Shown here piece by piece: positions 9,199 to 18,874 of a stretch of DNA of 64,000 bases. Source of the stretch: a virus (Duplodnaviria; Heunggongvirae; Uroviricota; Caudoviricetes); the IMG/VR virus record IMGVR_UViG_3300028797_000099, positions 1-64,000 of that record; one strand, given 5' to 3'. Position 1 is the stretch's first letter. Every line of letters starts with the position of its first letter. The position numbers and the translations under genes were made by a program. Under the pieces are notes generated by a model. That model saw only the letters and a list, made by a program, of their open reading frames with translations. It made no database searches and was not told where the DNA came from.

Positions 9199-9792
9199 TT
9201 AGTCCTTATAAAGCTGGTACTTCTTGCTGAGCTTATGGCTCTGTTCGTCGGGGAGGGGCTTGAACCAGATTCCGACACGGCAGAACTTCTTGCCCGTTTC
9301 CGGGTCTTCGGAGTCCGGGGTCAATTCGGTGAGGCAGGCATCGTCGATGAAGTCGTAGTCGACGCCCTTAACCAGACCGAGTTCCTTGGCGGTTTCCTCG
9401 ACCTTCATTAAGTGGTTGAGGTTCCTGGCTTCACAGATGGTCTTTGTGAAGATGCCCTTGACATAGTCCTCCCAGATATCCTTTGGGATGTTAACCGTAA
9501 CTGAAATAGATTTGTCTGGATTCTCCCTAGGATAGGTAAACTCCTTCAGGCCAGCCTTGTGAGCTTCCTCAGCCTTCTCGAAGATTGCGGGATTCCGATA
9601 CCTTATCCAGTAGTCGGGGTCGCTCGGGATTTCCGTAGGCAGGGTCATGAACTCGTTGTCCGTGACGCCAAACAGGAGGGCGAAGTGCTTTATGAGGCTT
9701 GTCCAGTAGCCTTCGGCGCAATGGGCGACCATGGCGGCCAGCTTGCCTGGGGAGAGGTGCAAATCCTTTCTGATGATGAACAGTCTACGCAT
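9199..9792 (-). CDS. Pth2-family peptidyl-tRNA hydrolase-like protein with C-terminal extension
   Basis: N-terminus RRLFIIRKDLHLSPGKLAAMVAHCAEG matches the PTH2 signature (vvR.DL.mg.GK.aAQ..HA). Confidence 0.55.
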   Translation of the reverse strand: MRRLFIIRKDLHLSPGKLAAMVAHCAEGYWTSLIKHFALLFGVTDNEFMTLPTEIPSDPDYWIRYRNPAIFEKAEEAHKAGLKEFTYPRENPDKSISVTVNIPKDIWEDYVKGIFTKTICEARNLNHLMKVEETAKELGLVKGVDYDFIDDACLTELTPDSEDPETGKKFCRVGIWFKPLPDEQSHKLSKKYQLYKD

Positions 9793-9819
9793 TTTCAGTT
9801 TCCTTTGGGGTTAATTTAT

Positions 9820-10884
9820 TTAATGTCTCACTTCATAGATGGTTCCGTGGTATTTAACATTGAAATACCGCAAGAGGATTGCTTCGGTCTGGTGGTGGTC
9901 CAGATATCCGCTTTCATCATACTTGTTTTTACCGAGGGCGGCTGCCCTATATTTATCGAACTCATCGTACTGCTTATAGACAACAAGGCTCCTGTTGGCT
10001 GGAATCCATGCTGGTTTTGTCAGGTAGTGAGTAGGGTCGTCGGTCTTTTCCATGTTGTTCTCAATGAAATCGGAAAAGTCCTTCAGGTTCATGTCGATAC
10101 GGCTGATGAAAGTAAGGTAGTTGCAAACATAGAGTGCGATGTTGTTGAGAACCTCGTTTCCGCACGGAGTTATTTTGGACACGCTTTGGATACGCTGCTG
10201 TCTTATCGGATATCGCTCACAGCAACTATACTGATATTTTTCCAGCTTTGGCTTCCATGCTTTCGGGAGATATATGGAGTCAAAGTTAACCATAATGCAC
10301 CAGCTAGGACTCTTCCCCGCCTTCTCACTGGTCGTATTGAAATTGTCGTTTTCCTTGAAGTATTCCTGCCCTACACTGAATACAGTCTCCCATCCATTAT
10401 CACCACAAGGAGCAATACTGAGGCGACGCCGTTGTACCCTATATAAGGTTGACTTTTCCTTCACGATGCGGAAGTACGTCATAAAGACATCCCTCAGGCG
10501 CACATCTTTACTGTCAATCAATTCCCTAGGAGGTTGGCCCATTGCTGTTCTAATCTGGTCTTCAATAGTTGGTGAAACCCTTATGTCACGAGCACCGAGC
10601 AAGCCCTTGGAACCACCAGTAAGCGTCCAGTCTTTCTTGAAACCAACTTCAGGCAGGTCAATCCACATGCCCTTATTACGGAAATGTCTTTCGACCATTT
10701 TTTCAAGGCGCAGGAGAGCGTACATCAGGATTCTCGGACCGCTGTTCTGGAACAGTCGGGGAGCGACACGGAACTTTGTGATAACATCATGTTCATTAAA
10801 CGGAACCCATTTTCCGTCTGGCGTCATCATCTGGCACGGTTCGCCGTTTGCGGCATGTTTCTTGCATTCGTCAAGTGACAGCAT
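9820..10884 (-). CDS. hypothetical protein
   Basis: 354-aa ORF with no recognisable motif. Confidence 0.5.
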   Translation of the reverse strand: MLSLDECKKHAANGEPCQMMTPDGKWVPFNEHDVITKFRVAPRLFQNSGPRILMYALLRLEKMVERHFRNKGMWIDLPEVGFKKDWTLTGGSKGLLGARDIRVSPTIEDQIRTAMGQPPRELIDSKDVRLRDVFMTYFRIVKEKSTLYRVQRRRLSIAPCGDNGWETVFSVGQEYFKENDNFNTTSEKAGKSPSWCIMVNFDSIYLPKAWKPKLEKYQYSCCERYPIRQQRIQSVSKITPCGNEVLNNIALYVCNYLTFISRIDMNLKDFSDFIENNMEKTDDPTHYLTKPAWIPANRSLVVYKQYDEFDKYRAAALGKNKYDESGYLDHHQTEAILLRYFNVKYHGTIYEVRH

Positions 10885-10915
10885 ATTTTATCCTTTTAGT
10901 TGGAGCACAACTTTC

Positions 10916-10944
10916 AATATAGAAAATTAAATCGGTGTTGTCAA
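10916..10944 (-). promoter_or_regulatory. promoter TTGACA-17-TATATT
   Basis: Motif match. Confidence 0.5.
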
Positions 10945-10948
10945 GGGG

Positions 10949-11329
10949 TTATCGAACTTCGTATCCTACACCCTTTGTTTCAAACAGGGGGATGCAGATG
11001 CTTTCGTAGTTATCCCAGTCAGGCAAGTCGGAGAAATCGACAATCCTTAACGAGAGTCGTTCCTTCATGTATTCGAAGATGTGGTCGAAGTTGTTAGGGG
11101 TTGCTGGCCACTGGCGGTCTTCAACCTTCTTCATGACATCGTTGAGGATAGTCAGCGATGCCCACAGACGGGCGATAGGTTCCTTCAACATTTCGAGGTC
11201 TTCGTCATTCTTCGGGTAATCGTAGGAATAGAACATCGCCGTCAGTGCGTTGGCGACGGATTCCGCAAAGCTGGTGAAGTCGTTGTCGCCGATACGGATT
11301 ACGAGATAAGGTGCATTTCCTGGTTTCAT
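10949..11329 (-). CDS. hypothetical protein
   Basis: 126-aa ORF downstream of the 10916-10944 promoter. Confidence 0.5.
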   Translation of the reverse strand: MKPGNAPYLVIRIGDNDFTSFAESVANALTAMFYSYDYPKNDEDLEMLKEPIARLWASLTILNDVMKKVEDRQWPATPNNFDHIFEYMKERLSLRIVDFSDLPDWDNYESICIPLFETKGVGYEVR

Positions 11330-11338
11330 AGGATACCC

Positions 11339-11749
11339 CTAGTTTGTTTCGGCATAGACTTCGTCTGGGTGCTTGCCGTACTCGTAAAATGGTTCAAACG
11401 AAATGTTCTCTTCATTGATGGGTTTAGCCATTTCGGGCGGGATATAGTCCACATTGAAGATGTAGACCTTCGTCTTGCATTCGTAGAGCTGGTCGTCATG
11501 GGGGCCGACACCCCACATGAACCGAGTCATTCCTTCGGCCTGGAAGACGCAGCCAGGATGGTACTTCTGGTCCGGGTTCTTCACATGGACATGCCAGTTC
11601 GGGAGATTATCGTCGAGACTTGCCACATTGGATTTGGCACAGGCGATAAGATGGTTCAAGTCGGGGCTGAGGGACTGGTACAGCGTCACTGTGCCAATCC
11701 CTTTCTTGGTAAGGTTCTTTTCGTGGCTGATTCTTCTGAACAGATACAT
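11339..11749 (-). CDS. hypothetical protein
   Basis: 136-aa ORF downstream of the 11781-11809 promoter. Confidence 0.5.
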   Translation of the reverse strand: MYLFRRISHEKNLTKKGIGTVTLYQSLSPDLNHLIACAKSNVASLDDNLPNWHVHVKNPDQKYHPGCVFQAEGMTRFMWGVGPHDDQLYECKTKVYIFNVDYIPPEMAKPINEENISFEPFYEYGKHPDEVYAETN

Positions 11750-11780
11750 GGTTGTTTCTCCTTTGATGGTTACATCAAAG

Positions 11781-11809
11781 AATATAGATAATTAAATATC
11801 AACTGTCAA
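11781..11809 (-). promoter_or_regulatory. promoter TTGACA-17-TATATT
   Basis: Motif match. Confidence 0.5.
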
Positions 11810-11825
11810 GAGGATTCGCCAAAAA

Positions 11826-11993
11826 TTATTTTTTCTTTCGCCTCGGTTCAAGGAGCTTCACTTTGAACTGATTTCCACCTGGGTCGGCCACATCTTCCAT
11901 CATAGCGTCCCGCAGCATGTTGAGCGCATCTTCGCTTGTGTGCCCATGGGCATCTATTTCTATGACTCGTGTATAACTTGCTCGATAAATCAT
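11826..11993 (-). CDS. small hypothetical protein (55 aa, absent from ORF track)
   Basis: ATG with an AAGGAG RBS 8 nt upstream. Sequence MIYRASYTRVIEIDAHGH...RRKKK. Confidence 0.5.
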   Translation of the reverse strand: MIYRASYTRVIEIDAHGHTSEDALNMLRDAMMEDVADPGGNQFKVKLLEPRRKKK

Positions 11994-12253
11994 CTTGAAC
12001 TCCTTATTTTTTCTATCCAGAATGTAGCCCCGCTGCCGTCATCGGCTATGACGAATCGGTTCAGCGAGAAGTTTGTATCCATGCACATTTCTTCGAGTGC
12101 AAACCTGTTGTTGTCCGCTCGGGTATTACCCGTGTTCCTGAGATACGTATTGAACCTTTTGAGGGGAAACGAGAAATCTTTCAGTTCGTCGAAATCCGTT
12201 TCGGCTACGTCAAGTTCAATCTTACCTTTGGTGGTGACCTTAAAACAAATCAA
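11990..12253 (-). CDS. hypothetical protein
   Basis: 87-aa ORF. Confidence 0.45.
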   Translation of the reverse strand: MICFKVTTKGKIELDVAETDFDELKDFSFPLKRFNTYLRNTGNTRADNNRFALEEMCMDTNFSLNRFVIADDGSGATFWIEKIRSSR

Positions 12254-12254
12254 G

Positions 12255-12545
12255 TTAGGCCTCCTTGGTTTCGCCCTTCATTTTACCCCAGTCACCGAAC
12301 TCGATTACATCCTTTACCGCCGAATCAATATCGGTCACAGGCTTTGTTGCAACCAGTTCATCATCTTCATTGTACCGTTCAAAACTTTGTTTTGTGTCAT
12401 CGAATACAAGAAGACCGTCTTCGCCATAGAAAACACATCTGGGCACGTCGTTGATTACGATGGTCTCTATTTCGATGTTAACTTCATCGGCAGCAAACTT
12501 AGGGTCATTCTTGACAGCGGATGCAAGTTCTTCTTTACTTACCAT
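12255..12545 (-). CDS. hypothetical protein
   Basis: Start trimmed to MVSKEE behind an AAAGGAAAG RBS. Confidence 0.45.
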   Translation of the reverse strand: MVSKEELASAVKNDPKFAADEVNIEIETIVINDVPRCVFYGEDGLLVFDDTKQSFERYNEDDELVATKPVTDIDSAVKDVIEFGDWGKMKGETKEA

Positions 12546-12855
12546 GTTGTTCGCTTTCCTTTGACTTTTCGTCGCATGACTTGATGAATGCTTCAACAAA
12601 TTCCTTGAATTGGGTCGGGTCGGTATTCCAGCCGTACTGGAACTGGGAAACCCATAAATGGTCCTTTGCTGTGTAGAACATGGCGTTGTGGAAGTACATT
12701 GTTCCGAACTTCACATCCTTCCATGACACAATCACGTTAGACCAGCCAGTAGAATGAGGCTCGTCCAGCGGGTCCAGCGGAACCGTCCTGTCCTCCTCGA
12801 AGTCCATCGTGAATCCACGAGATTCGAGGTATTTAAACATTTCAGTGTAGTTCAT
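12535..12855 (-). CDS. hypothetical protein
   Basis: 106-aa ORF. Confidence 0.45.
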   Translation of the reverse strand: MNYTEMFKYLESRGFTMDFEEDRTVPLDPLDEPHSTGWSNVIVSWKDVKFGTMYFHNAMFYTAKDHLWVSQFQYGWNTDPTQFKEFVEAFIKSCDEKSKESEQHGK

Positions 12856-12860
12856 CGTTC

Positions 12861-13289
12861 CTACTTACGGTAGCGGATATCTCCAGAGAGTGTGTTCACA
12901 CTCCCCTTGACCAACCCATTTACTTCAACATCACCCGACGTGGTGTTTATGCTGCCACCAACATCACCACCGATTTCGATGTTTCCAGATGTGGTTTCAA
13001 CATCGCCATTGGTCATTCCCCCTACCTTGACATTCCCAGATACCGAACTGGCTCTCTTGACATCGCCAGTGACGCTTACATTGCCAGCTGCAGTATCGAC
13101 GCTCTCAACATTGCCCGTGATTGTAATTTCAATCTTACGGTCGTTGATTTTGATATCCTTGCCGTCGATGATTACGGTGTCGTTGTCCACCTGAATGCTA
13201 CGGCCACCGACATAATTGCCGTTTATTGTAATAGTTGAGCCACTAGCGATGTTCTTGATAGTAGCTAGAATAGATTTAAAATGTCCCAT
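12861..13289 (-). CDS. bactofilin-like polymer-forming protein (beta-helical repeats)
   Basis: Tandem degenerate repeats SGNV.V.G / SGDV.V.G / TSGNIEIGG typical of the bactofilin (DUF583) fold. Confidence 0.5.
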   Translation of the reverse strand: MGHFKSILATIKNIASGSTITINGNYVGGRSIQVDNDTVIIDGKDIKINDRKIEITITGNVESVDTAAGNVSVTGDVKRASSVSGNVKVGGMTNGDVETTSGNIEIGGDVGGSINTTSGDVEVNGLVKGSVNTLSGDIRYRK

Positions 13290-13299
13290 GATAATCTCC

Positions 13300-13719
13300 T
13301 TATACGACGAGAGTCTTTACAGAAACATCTCTCTTGATTTCGTCTGCGGACACATTCTCGATTCTCTGCACGAGTACATCGACCGAGAAGTATCCATGAT
13401 AGAGTTGCGCCTTCCCGTTCTTCCACGCTTCAACGACATCCTTGCTAGGTGCATGCTCATTGTAGTCCACGAGCACGTCGATGGTCATGAGGAAGCGGCC
13501 ATCCTCGATGTTGGAGACCTTCCACTTGTCGATGGGGTAGTAGGTGTCCGTGGGAGATATCGCAGCAAGCAACCCGCTAATGGAATCATACTTGCCCGGA
13601 TACTTAATATCGTGGCCACCTCGGCACTGGGCCTTCGGCATCCAGCCTTCCTTCGGGTCGTCAGGATAGGCTTCGAACAGGGTTATCATCGCCGTGCGGA
13701 CATAGAACAGTTTCTTCAT
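13300..13719 (-). CDS. hypothetical protein
   Basis: 139-aa ORF downstream of the 13744-13772 promoter. Confidence 0.5.
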   Translation of the reverse strand: MKKLFYVRTAMITLFEAYPDDPKEGWMPKAQCRGGHDIKYPGKYDSISGLLAAISPTDTYYPIDKWKVSNIEDGRFLMTIDVLVDYNEHAPSKDVVEAWKNGKAQLYHGYFSVDVLVQRIENVSADEIKRDVSVKTLVV

Positions 13720-13743
13720 GTTGACTCCTTATGTTACAAAAAC

Positions 13744-13772
13744 AATATAGCTAATTAAAGCTATATTGTCAA
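13744..13772 (-). promoter_or_regulatory. promoter TTGACA-17-TATATT (repeat of 7664-7692)
   Basis: Motif match. Confidence 0.55.
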
Positions 13773-13798
13773 GAGGTGTAACAACAAAAATTTAATAA

Positions 13799-14548
13799 TT
13801 AGTCTTTCCAGAAGCAGTAGAGGCATCCGTGTGGACAACGTCTGGGCTTCACATTCAGTATCTGCTTCTTGGCTAGGCACTTACACTCGGCCCTCTGTTT
13901 CTTTTCTGGCTGTCCATATTCCCGGTCATCCACACCGAGGATATTGAGGTCTTTGTAGCTTGCACAACCACATTCAAGAATGTTGTATGGCAACAGCTTT
14001 GGGTCGGCACAGGCTTCGAACGTGAAGGTATGGTAGTAGGGTGCCAACAGGGCGTCTACACGCCTGAAAACGGCGTCCGGGGCGGTGAAGGTATCGTAGA
14101 ACACATTGTATCCTGCTGCATCGAGCCTCTGTTTCACATGGGGATAGAGGTCGACGACGGAGACACGGCAACGCATGAACGCCTTCCGTTCCTGCACGAC
14201 CGTCGCCCACATGGATAGCACCTTCTGGATGTTAGCCTGAGTTTCAGCCGACCAGAGGATAATCGGGTCGAGACGGAGGACGTAATGACGATAGTCGAAT
14301 CCACGGTCGAGCAGCTTCTTGAACTGTTCAAACTCATGCTCGGGAGTCTGTACGTTCGGTTCGAGTATCGTTCCGCCCTGTCCCGTTACGGTATGGTGGA
14401 ATATAACCCTGTCCTGCACGACGAGGAGCTTTTCAATCATCTCGTCGTTCAGTTCCTTTGATATGACGATGTTGGCTTCGAGCAGTTTCGTTTCCCAGTC
14501 AGGTACGAAACAGGGGTCGAAAGTTTCCGTGATACCTATTTTCTTCAT
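13799..14548 (-). CDS. hypothetical protein with C-terminal Cys cluster
   Basis: ECGCASY...ECKCLAKK...RRCPHGCLYCFWKD gives a C-terminal metal-binding-like cluster. 249 aa. Confidence 0.45.
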   Translation of the reverse strand: MKKIGITETFDPCFVPDWETKLLEANIVISKELNDEMIEKLLVVQDRVIFHHTVTGQGGTILEPNVQTPEHEFEQFKKLLDRGFDYRHYVLRLDPIILWSAETQANIQKVLSMWATVVQERKAFMRCRVSVVDLYPHVKQRLDAAGYNVFYDTFTAPDAVFRRVDALLAPYYHTFTFEACADPKLLPYNILECGCASYKDLNILGVDDREYGQPEKKQRAECKCLAKKQILNVKPRRCPHGCLYCFWKD

Positions 14549-14554
14549 GGCATT

Positions 14555-15430
14555 TTACTCCTTTGAGGCAGCCTTCTTATTGAGCTTTTGCGTTATTCCT
14601 TCCCAGAGGAATACGTGAATAGGTACTAAGCTGATGTATGTCGAGAGAAAGCCAAGCACAGCGCAATCAAATTTCTTACCAAGATTAAAGAATATGATGA
14701 ACCACATGACCAGGAACACTTCCAACGACAGCTTTCCGACATCTTTCCAAAGTCTACGCCAATTTACTTTAGACTTGTTCTCCGATTCGACAGCCTTGGC
14801 ATCGGCTTCGTCAAGAACTTCTTCAAGCGGCTTGCCTACCATGTCTTCCGTGATTTTTACACTCAGGAAGCGGTTAGTCTTCGGGTGGGTGTAGTTGTAA
14901 GTGCGGCCTACATAGTCCTCGGTAATTATCTGGCGGTCCCTAGCTTCGGTATCTGTCGCTTCCGACTCGATTGCGGAGATAGTTTTCATATAGACTACTT
15001 CGTCATTCGTTGAGCCGCATTCTTCAAACCCTCGCTTTTCAAAGAACAGTTGAGTTAATTTGTTCTGGTTCGACTTATGCAAGGTAAAGTAGACATACGG
15101 GAGATGTTCAGCCGTTGCCACCTCGATTGCCTTATTCAGCAGCACAGAGCCAAGCCCTTCCCCTTCCTTGATTGAACGGAGCGAGCATATCTTCAAATGA
15201 TTCTCTCTTGGAATAATTGGACATATCTCGCTGTTCACATCATACCAGGATTCCCGTTTGAGAATCATCAATGCGACGATGGTTTCCCCATCCTTGACGA
15301 CATAAGCATCCCGATGGGAGACTTGTAACAACCACTGGTCGAACTTCGGATAGAGTTTACGGAAGTGGTCGAATATGCCATCTCTTGCATCAAGGTATCC
15401 GACACGGGTTTTATCAAGTAAATAAACCAT
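14555..15430 (-). CDS. GNAT-family N-acetyltransferase with C-terminal TM segment
   Basis: LKICSLRSIKEGEGLGSVLLNKAIEVA...YVYFTL...FFEKRGFEE gives GNAT motifs A and B. C-terminal hydrophobic helices. Confidence 0.55.
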   Translation of the reverse strand: MVYLLDKTRVGYLDARDGIFDHFRKLYPKFDQWLLQVSHRDAYVVKDGETIVALMILKRESWYDVNSEICPIIPRENHLKICSLRSIKEGEGLGSVLLNKAIEVATAEHLPYVYFTLHKSNQNKLTQLFFEKRGFEECGSTNDEVVYMKTISAIESEATDTEARDRQIITEDYVGRTYNYTHPKTNRFLSVKITEDMVGKPLEEVLDEADAKAVESENKSKVNWRRLWKDVGKLSLEVFLVMWFIIFFNLGKKFDCAVLGFLSTYISLVPIHVFLWEGITQKLNKKAASKE

Positions 15431-15438
15431 GTTTAACC

Positions 15439-16074
15439 TCACTGTTTGTCTTTAGGAAGTTCGATATTTGCAAAGTCATCGATTGACGCTTTCATGTTAT
15501 CGTAGCGTTCGACCCATGCCGTCTTGTTGTTCTCCACGGCATCAGTTATGTCGGACAGCTCGCATTCCTCGAACTGTGCCATCACCTGTTCGAATTCATG
15601 CTGATGATTCCATCTGGATACTTGTTTAAGAGGTAAGATATTAAATTCGCTATCCCTATTGTCGAACCTAGTAATGTCCTTAGCCTCGTGTTCTTCGATA
15701 ATTGTTGGGCCCTCTATATGCAGAGTATCATCTAATTTTACACTGAGTATACGAATGTAGTAATGGTGTCTGCGGTTGTATAGGTACTTCCCACGGAGCC
15801 ACTTGGAAAATTCGTGACGGAATTTCTCGATAAGTACAGGTTCTTTCTTTTCCAGGGCCTCCCGCATGGCTTCGGCAGTTACATTCGCCACCGTCAATTT
15901 GTCAATAAGGTTGGTTTCCTCCTCGGTAGGGTTCATCATCCTTTTCAGATTCTGGAGAATACTGTCCCTACGCTCGGAGTCTGCCGATGAATACTTACTG
16001 CATTCATCCCAGTTATCGAAAATTGCGTTAAAGGTGTCTATTACGGAGCGTGGTATTTCAAGTTTCTTTTTCAT
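15439..16074 (-). CDS. hypothetical protein
   Basis: 211-aa ORF. Confidence 0.5.
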   Translation of the reverse strand: MKKKLEIPRSVIDTFNAIFDNWDECSKYSSADSERRDSILQNLKRMMNPTEEETNLIDKLTVANVTAEAMREALEKKEPVLIEKFRHEFSKWLRGKYLYNRRHHYYIRILSVKLDDTLHIEGPTIIEEHEAKDITRFDNRDSEFNILPLKQVSRWNHQHEFEQVMAQFEECELSDITDAVENNKTAWVERYDNMKASIDDFANIELPKDKQ

Positions 16075-16085
16075 GGGGCACCTTT

Positions 16086-17183
16086 CTAATTCAATCCAAT
16101 TAAATCAGGATGAACAAACTTGCCGTCTTCCTGGATGAGCTGGTCGTCGAACCATACCTTACCGCCACCGTATTCCTTGGTCATGATGAGGACCAAATCC
16201 CAGTGGATAGCAGACTGGTTACCATTGAACGCATCCTGATATGCGTTGCCCGGTGTAAAGTGGATTGAGCCAGCAATCTTCTCGTCGAAGAGGATGTCGC
16301 ACATCGGACGGTTAACCATCTTGTTGAGACCCATGGCGAACTCGCCTACGAAACGGGCTCCCTCATCCGTGTTGAAGATTGCGTCGAGAGCTGCCTGGTC
16401 GCCAGAACCGCACTTGGCTTCGACAATCTTGCCATCTTTAAAGACAAGGCTGATGTTGCTGAACGGCTTCCCGAGATACACGGTAGGCGTGTTGTAGGTG
16501 ATTGTTCCGTTTACGCTGTTCTTGACCGGGGCCGTATATACTTCGCCGTCAGGGATGTTCTTTTCGCCACAGCAAGGAATAGCGGGCAACCCCTCAATGC
16601 TGAAACGCAGGTCGGTTCCCGGTGCGACGATACGGACATTACGGGTCTTGGTCATGAGGTCAGCAAGAGGCTTGGCTGATTTTGCCATCTGAGTGTAATC
16701 CACGAGACAGGCATCGAAGTAGAAGTCCTCGAACGCATCGGTGGACATCTTTGCTTCCTGTGCCATGGCAGCGTTCGGCCAACGGGTGATGCACCACTTG
16801 GTATGGTCAACTCGATAGCGGAGAACGGGCTTCATAATCTGCTTGTACTCCGTGAGGATTTCACTAGGCACATCCGCCATTTCGAACGCATTTTCTGCGC
16901 CACGGACTGCGATGTACGCCTGCATTTCCTTCATGAGTGAAAGTTCGAAATTAGCACGGAATTGCTTGGCTTCCTTTGATGCGTACGTCACGAACTCCCT
17001 TTCCACACTGCTGTCATGGGTACGAACAATGGGTTTAGCACCAAGACCCGTAGCGAGGAAAGTCAACGCCTTCGAAATGCTCGACGGAGTATCGGTACAT
17101 TCAATAAGAATGTGGTCCCCTTTTTTCAAATTAACTGATTCAATGAGACGGTCGGCAAGGTTGAGAACTCTCGTATCAAACAT
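16086..17183 (-). CDS. M29-family aminopeptidase (AmpS/PepS-like)
   Basis: 365 aa. GEVYTAPV, FVGEFAMGLN and SIHFTPGNAY blocks resemble thermophilic aminopeptidase T/S. AAGGAG RBS. Confidence 0.65.
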   Translation of the reverse strand: MFDTRVLNLADRLIESVNLKKGDHILIECTDTPSSISKALTFLATGLGAKPIVRTHDSSVEREFVTYASKEAKQFRANFELSLMKEMQAYIAVRGAENAFEMADVPSEILTEYKQIMKPVLRYRVDHTKWCITRWPNAAMAQEAKMSTDAFEDFYFDACLVDYTQMAKSAKPLADLMTKTRNVRIVAPGTDLRFSIEGLPAIPCCGEKNIPDGEVYTAPVKNSVNGTITYNTPTVYLGKPFSNISLVFKDGKIVEAKCGSGDQAALDAIFNTDEGARFVGEFAMGLNKMVNRPMCDILFDEKIAGSIHFTPGNAYQDAFNGNQSAIHWDLVLIMTKEYGGGKVWFDDQLIQEDGKFVHPDLIGLN

Positions 17184-17197
17184 AAATTACTCCTTGA

Positions 17198-17365
17198 TTA
17201 TTTTCGTTTATTCTTGGGTTTCCACGACTTGACCATCGAGTTCCATTCGAAATTGTCGCAACAGTCGCTGATGCACGAGTTCTTCTTTTCCTCGCCGCAC
17301 CACTTCACACGGTCCTTTTTGTGGAAATGCTTGCACCAATAACATGATTTTTCAAACTCTGACAT
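17198..17365 (-). CDS. small Cys-rich protein (55 aa, absent from ORF track)
   Basis: MSEFEKSCYWCKHFHKKDRVKWCGEEKKNSCISDCCDNFEW. Fills the 17184-17374 gap. Confidence 0.4.
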   Translation of the reverse strand: MSEFEKSCYWCKHFHKKDRVKWCGEEKKNSCISDCCDNFEWNSMVKSWKPKNKRK

Positions 17366-17374
17366 GACAATACC

Positions 17375-17584
17375 TTACATGAAGATGAGGATGCCGCCAG
17401 CAATGGCAGCGATTGGATATAGGATGGAAATGCAGATACATCCGATATTGGACCAGTGATACCACTTTGCGTAGGGATAGCCCATTCCGATGCCTAACGC
17501 CCATGCGAACAGGGCGACGACATAGATGATGAGTGCGACTATGGTATAAATTCCGATATACAGTGCTGTCATTTCAATACCCAT
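17375..17584 (-). CDS. small membrane protein
   Basis: 69 aa, almost entirely hydrophobic with two TM helices. Confidence 0.5.
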   Translation of the reverse strand: MGIEMTALYIGIYTIVALIIYVVALFAWALGIGMGYPYAKWYHWSNIGCICISILYPIAAIAGGILIFM

Positions 17585-17610
17585 TGGTTATGTATTGTCT
17601 ACATGCAATA

Positions 17611-17638
17611 ATGTAGGCAATTAAATCGAAATTGTCAA
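17611..17638 (-). promoter_or_regulatory. promoter TTGACA-16-TACATT
   Basis: Motif match. Confidence 0.4.
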
Positions 17639-17653
17639 GAGGTTTATGAAGTT

Positions 17654-17851
17654 TTATTCCATACATTTCAGGTACAGCTTGTATGAGCCATTCACGAAAG
17701 CTTTCAATTTCATCTGGATGAAATGGTAGATACGCTGCATGATTTTATGGTCGAAGATACGGGCCTCGTATTCACGACGCTTGAATGTGTAACGGAGGTC
17801 TGCGGCCTTATGGTTAAGCCACGAAAGGACGGATGCACTAAACTTCTTCAT
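17654..17851 (-). CDS. small basic protein
   Basis: Start MKKFSAS behind a GGGGGA RBS. Confidence 0.4.
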   Translation of the reverse strand: MKKFSASVLSWLNHKAADLRYTFKRREYEARIFDHKIMQRIYHFIQMKLKAFVNGSYKLYLKCME

Positions 17852-18002
17852 CGTTATCCCCCTTGATTGCTTCGTCATAGATGTCCGAACAGATGTCTGC
17901 CAGGTCGTTAGAGAGTTCGTTGTATGTATCCCGTCCGACGGCATCAACAAGGAGTTCCTTCATACGCTGTGCGGCGCATGTCATTACAGAAATCTTGCTG
18001 GC
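17838..18002 (-). CDS. small acidic protein
   Basis: Start MASKIS behind a GGAGG RBS. Confidence 0.4.
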   Translation of the reverse strand, partial: ASKISVMTCAAQRMKELLVDAVGRDTYNELSNDLADICSDIYDEAIKGDNDEEV

Positions 18003-18015
18003 CATAGAACCTCCG

Positions 18016-18441
18016 TTATGCCTTTGCCTTCTTGCGTTCTTCAATCTGTCTGTTAAGGGCCTCGCCAGCCTTGATGAGAACATCGGCCAAGCACTCAATT
18101 TCTGCATCGCCCTCGACAACGATTGATACTGCGTTGTCGGTATCAATTTCTTCAACATTTTCTGCATCACGAAGCATTGACTCATACGACCTAATCCCAG
18201 CTACGCTATCGAGCTTGCTAGTCCTTGTACCCATGCAGAACCCTTCATGTCCAAACAAAGTAAGGACTGCCCTTGCACCATGGCCTGCATCACCACCATG
18301 CAAGCCGTTGGTTCCAGCAACATAGGTAAGGTAAGCGACATCTATTGCGGTATCAGTCTCGCACGGGACGGCTTCCCCATCGACCATGAGATTCATCTGG
18401 CGTTTGCCTTCAAACTCTGTATTGAATTTATGCTTTGACAT
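18016..18441 (-). CDS. hypothetical protein
   Basis: 141-aa ORF. Confidence 0.5.
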   Translation of the reverse strand: MSKHKFNTEFEGKRQMNLMVDGEAVPCETDTAIDVAYLTYVAGTNGLHGGDAGHGARAVLTLFGHEGFCMGTRTSKLDSVAGIRSYESMLRDAENVEEIDTDNAVSIVVEGDAEIECLADVLIKAGEALNRQIEERKKAKA

Positions 18442-18453
18442 AATTAAATCCTT

Positions 18454-18837
18454 TTAGAAATGTTCGTTGTTAATGACCTTGCTGAGTGCGCTCATGTTTT
18501 CAATGGCAGCATCTATAAGGGATTTCTGTGCGGCAGTAATTCCTTCCATCTTCCGTGCGGCATAGAGCTTATTCTTAAATTCACTGGCAGCCCTACCGAA
18601 GGCGTGGCCGACATCAGTATCCTTGGCATTAAGCCTGTCTGCTGCCTGTTGAGCAAGCAGGTAGGTGGAATAATACTTCTCGTTGCGATACCGTTCGCTT
18701 TTGAGGTCGGATTTCTTCTTGAATTGAATTGCATCGACTTTATAGCAATATGTTGCCGAACTGAAATACACATAATAGTGCATATCAGAGCGTTCGTCAT
18801 ATTCCTTTACCTGTTCTTCAAATGTTTTTTCGGCCAT
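18454..18837 (-). CDS. hypothetical protein
   Basis: Start MAEKTF. Downstream of the promoter/hairpin at 18875-18911. Confidence 0.5.
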   Translation of the reverse strand: MAEKTFEEQVKEYDERSDMHYYVYFSSATYCYKVDAIQFKKKSDLKSERYRNEKYYSTYLLAQQAADRLNAKDTDVGHAFGRAASEFKNKLYAARKMEGITAAQKSLIDAAIENMSALSKVINNEHF

Positions 18838-18874
18838 TGTTGTATTCCTTTGCCAATAATTGGTTGGCATTATG

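Noticed and set aside
11940-12584. 214-aa plus-strand ORF
   Set aside because: It overlaps three minus-strand genes that have RBSs. It is hydrophobic low-complexity sequence.
13799-14548. Radical-SAM or DpdA assignment for the Cys-cluster protein
   Set aside because: The cysteines are C-terminal, and there is no CxxxCxxC spacing or TGT barrel motif I can recognise. Left as hypothetical.
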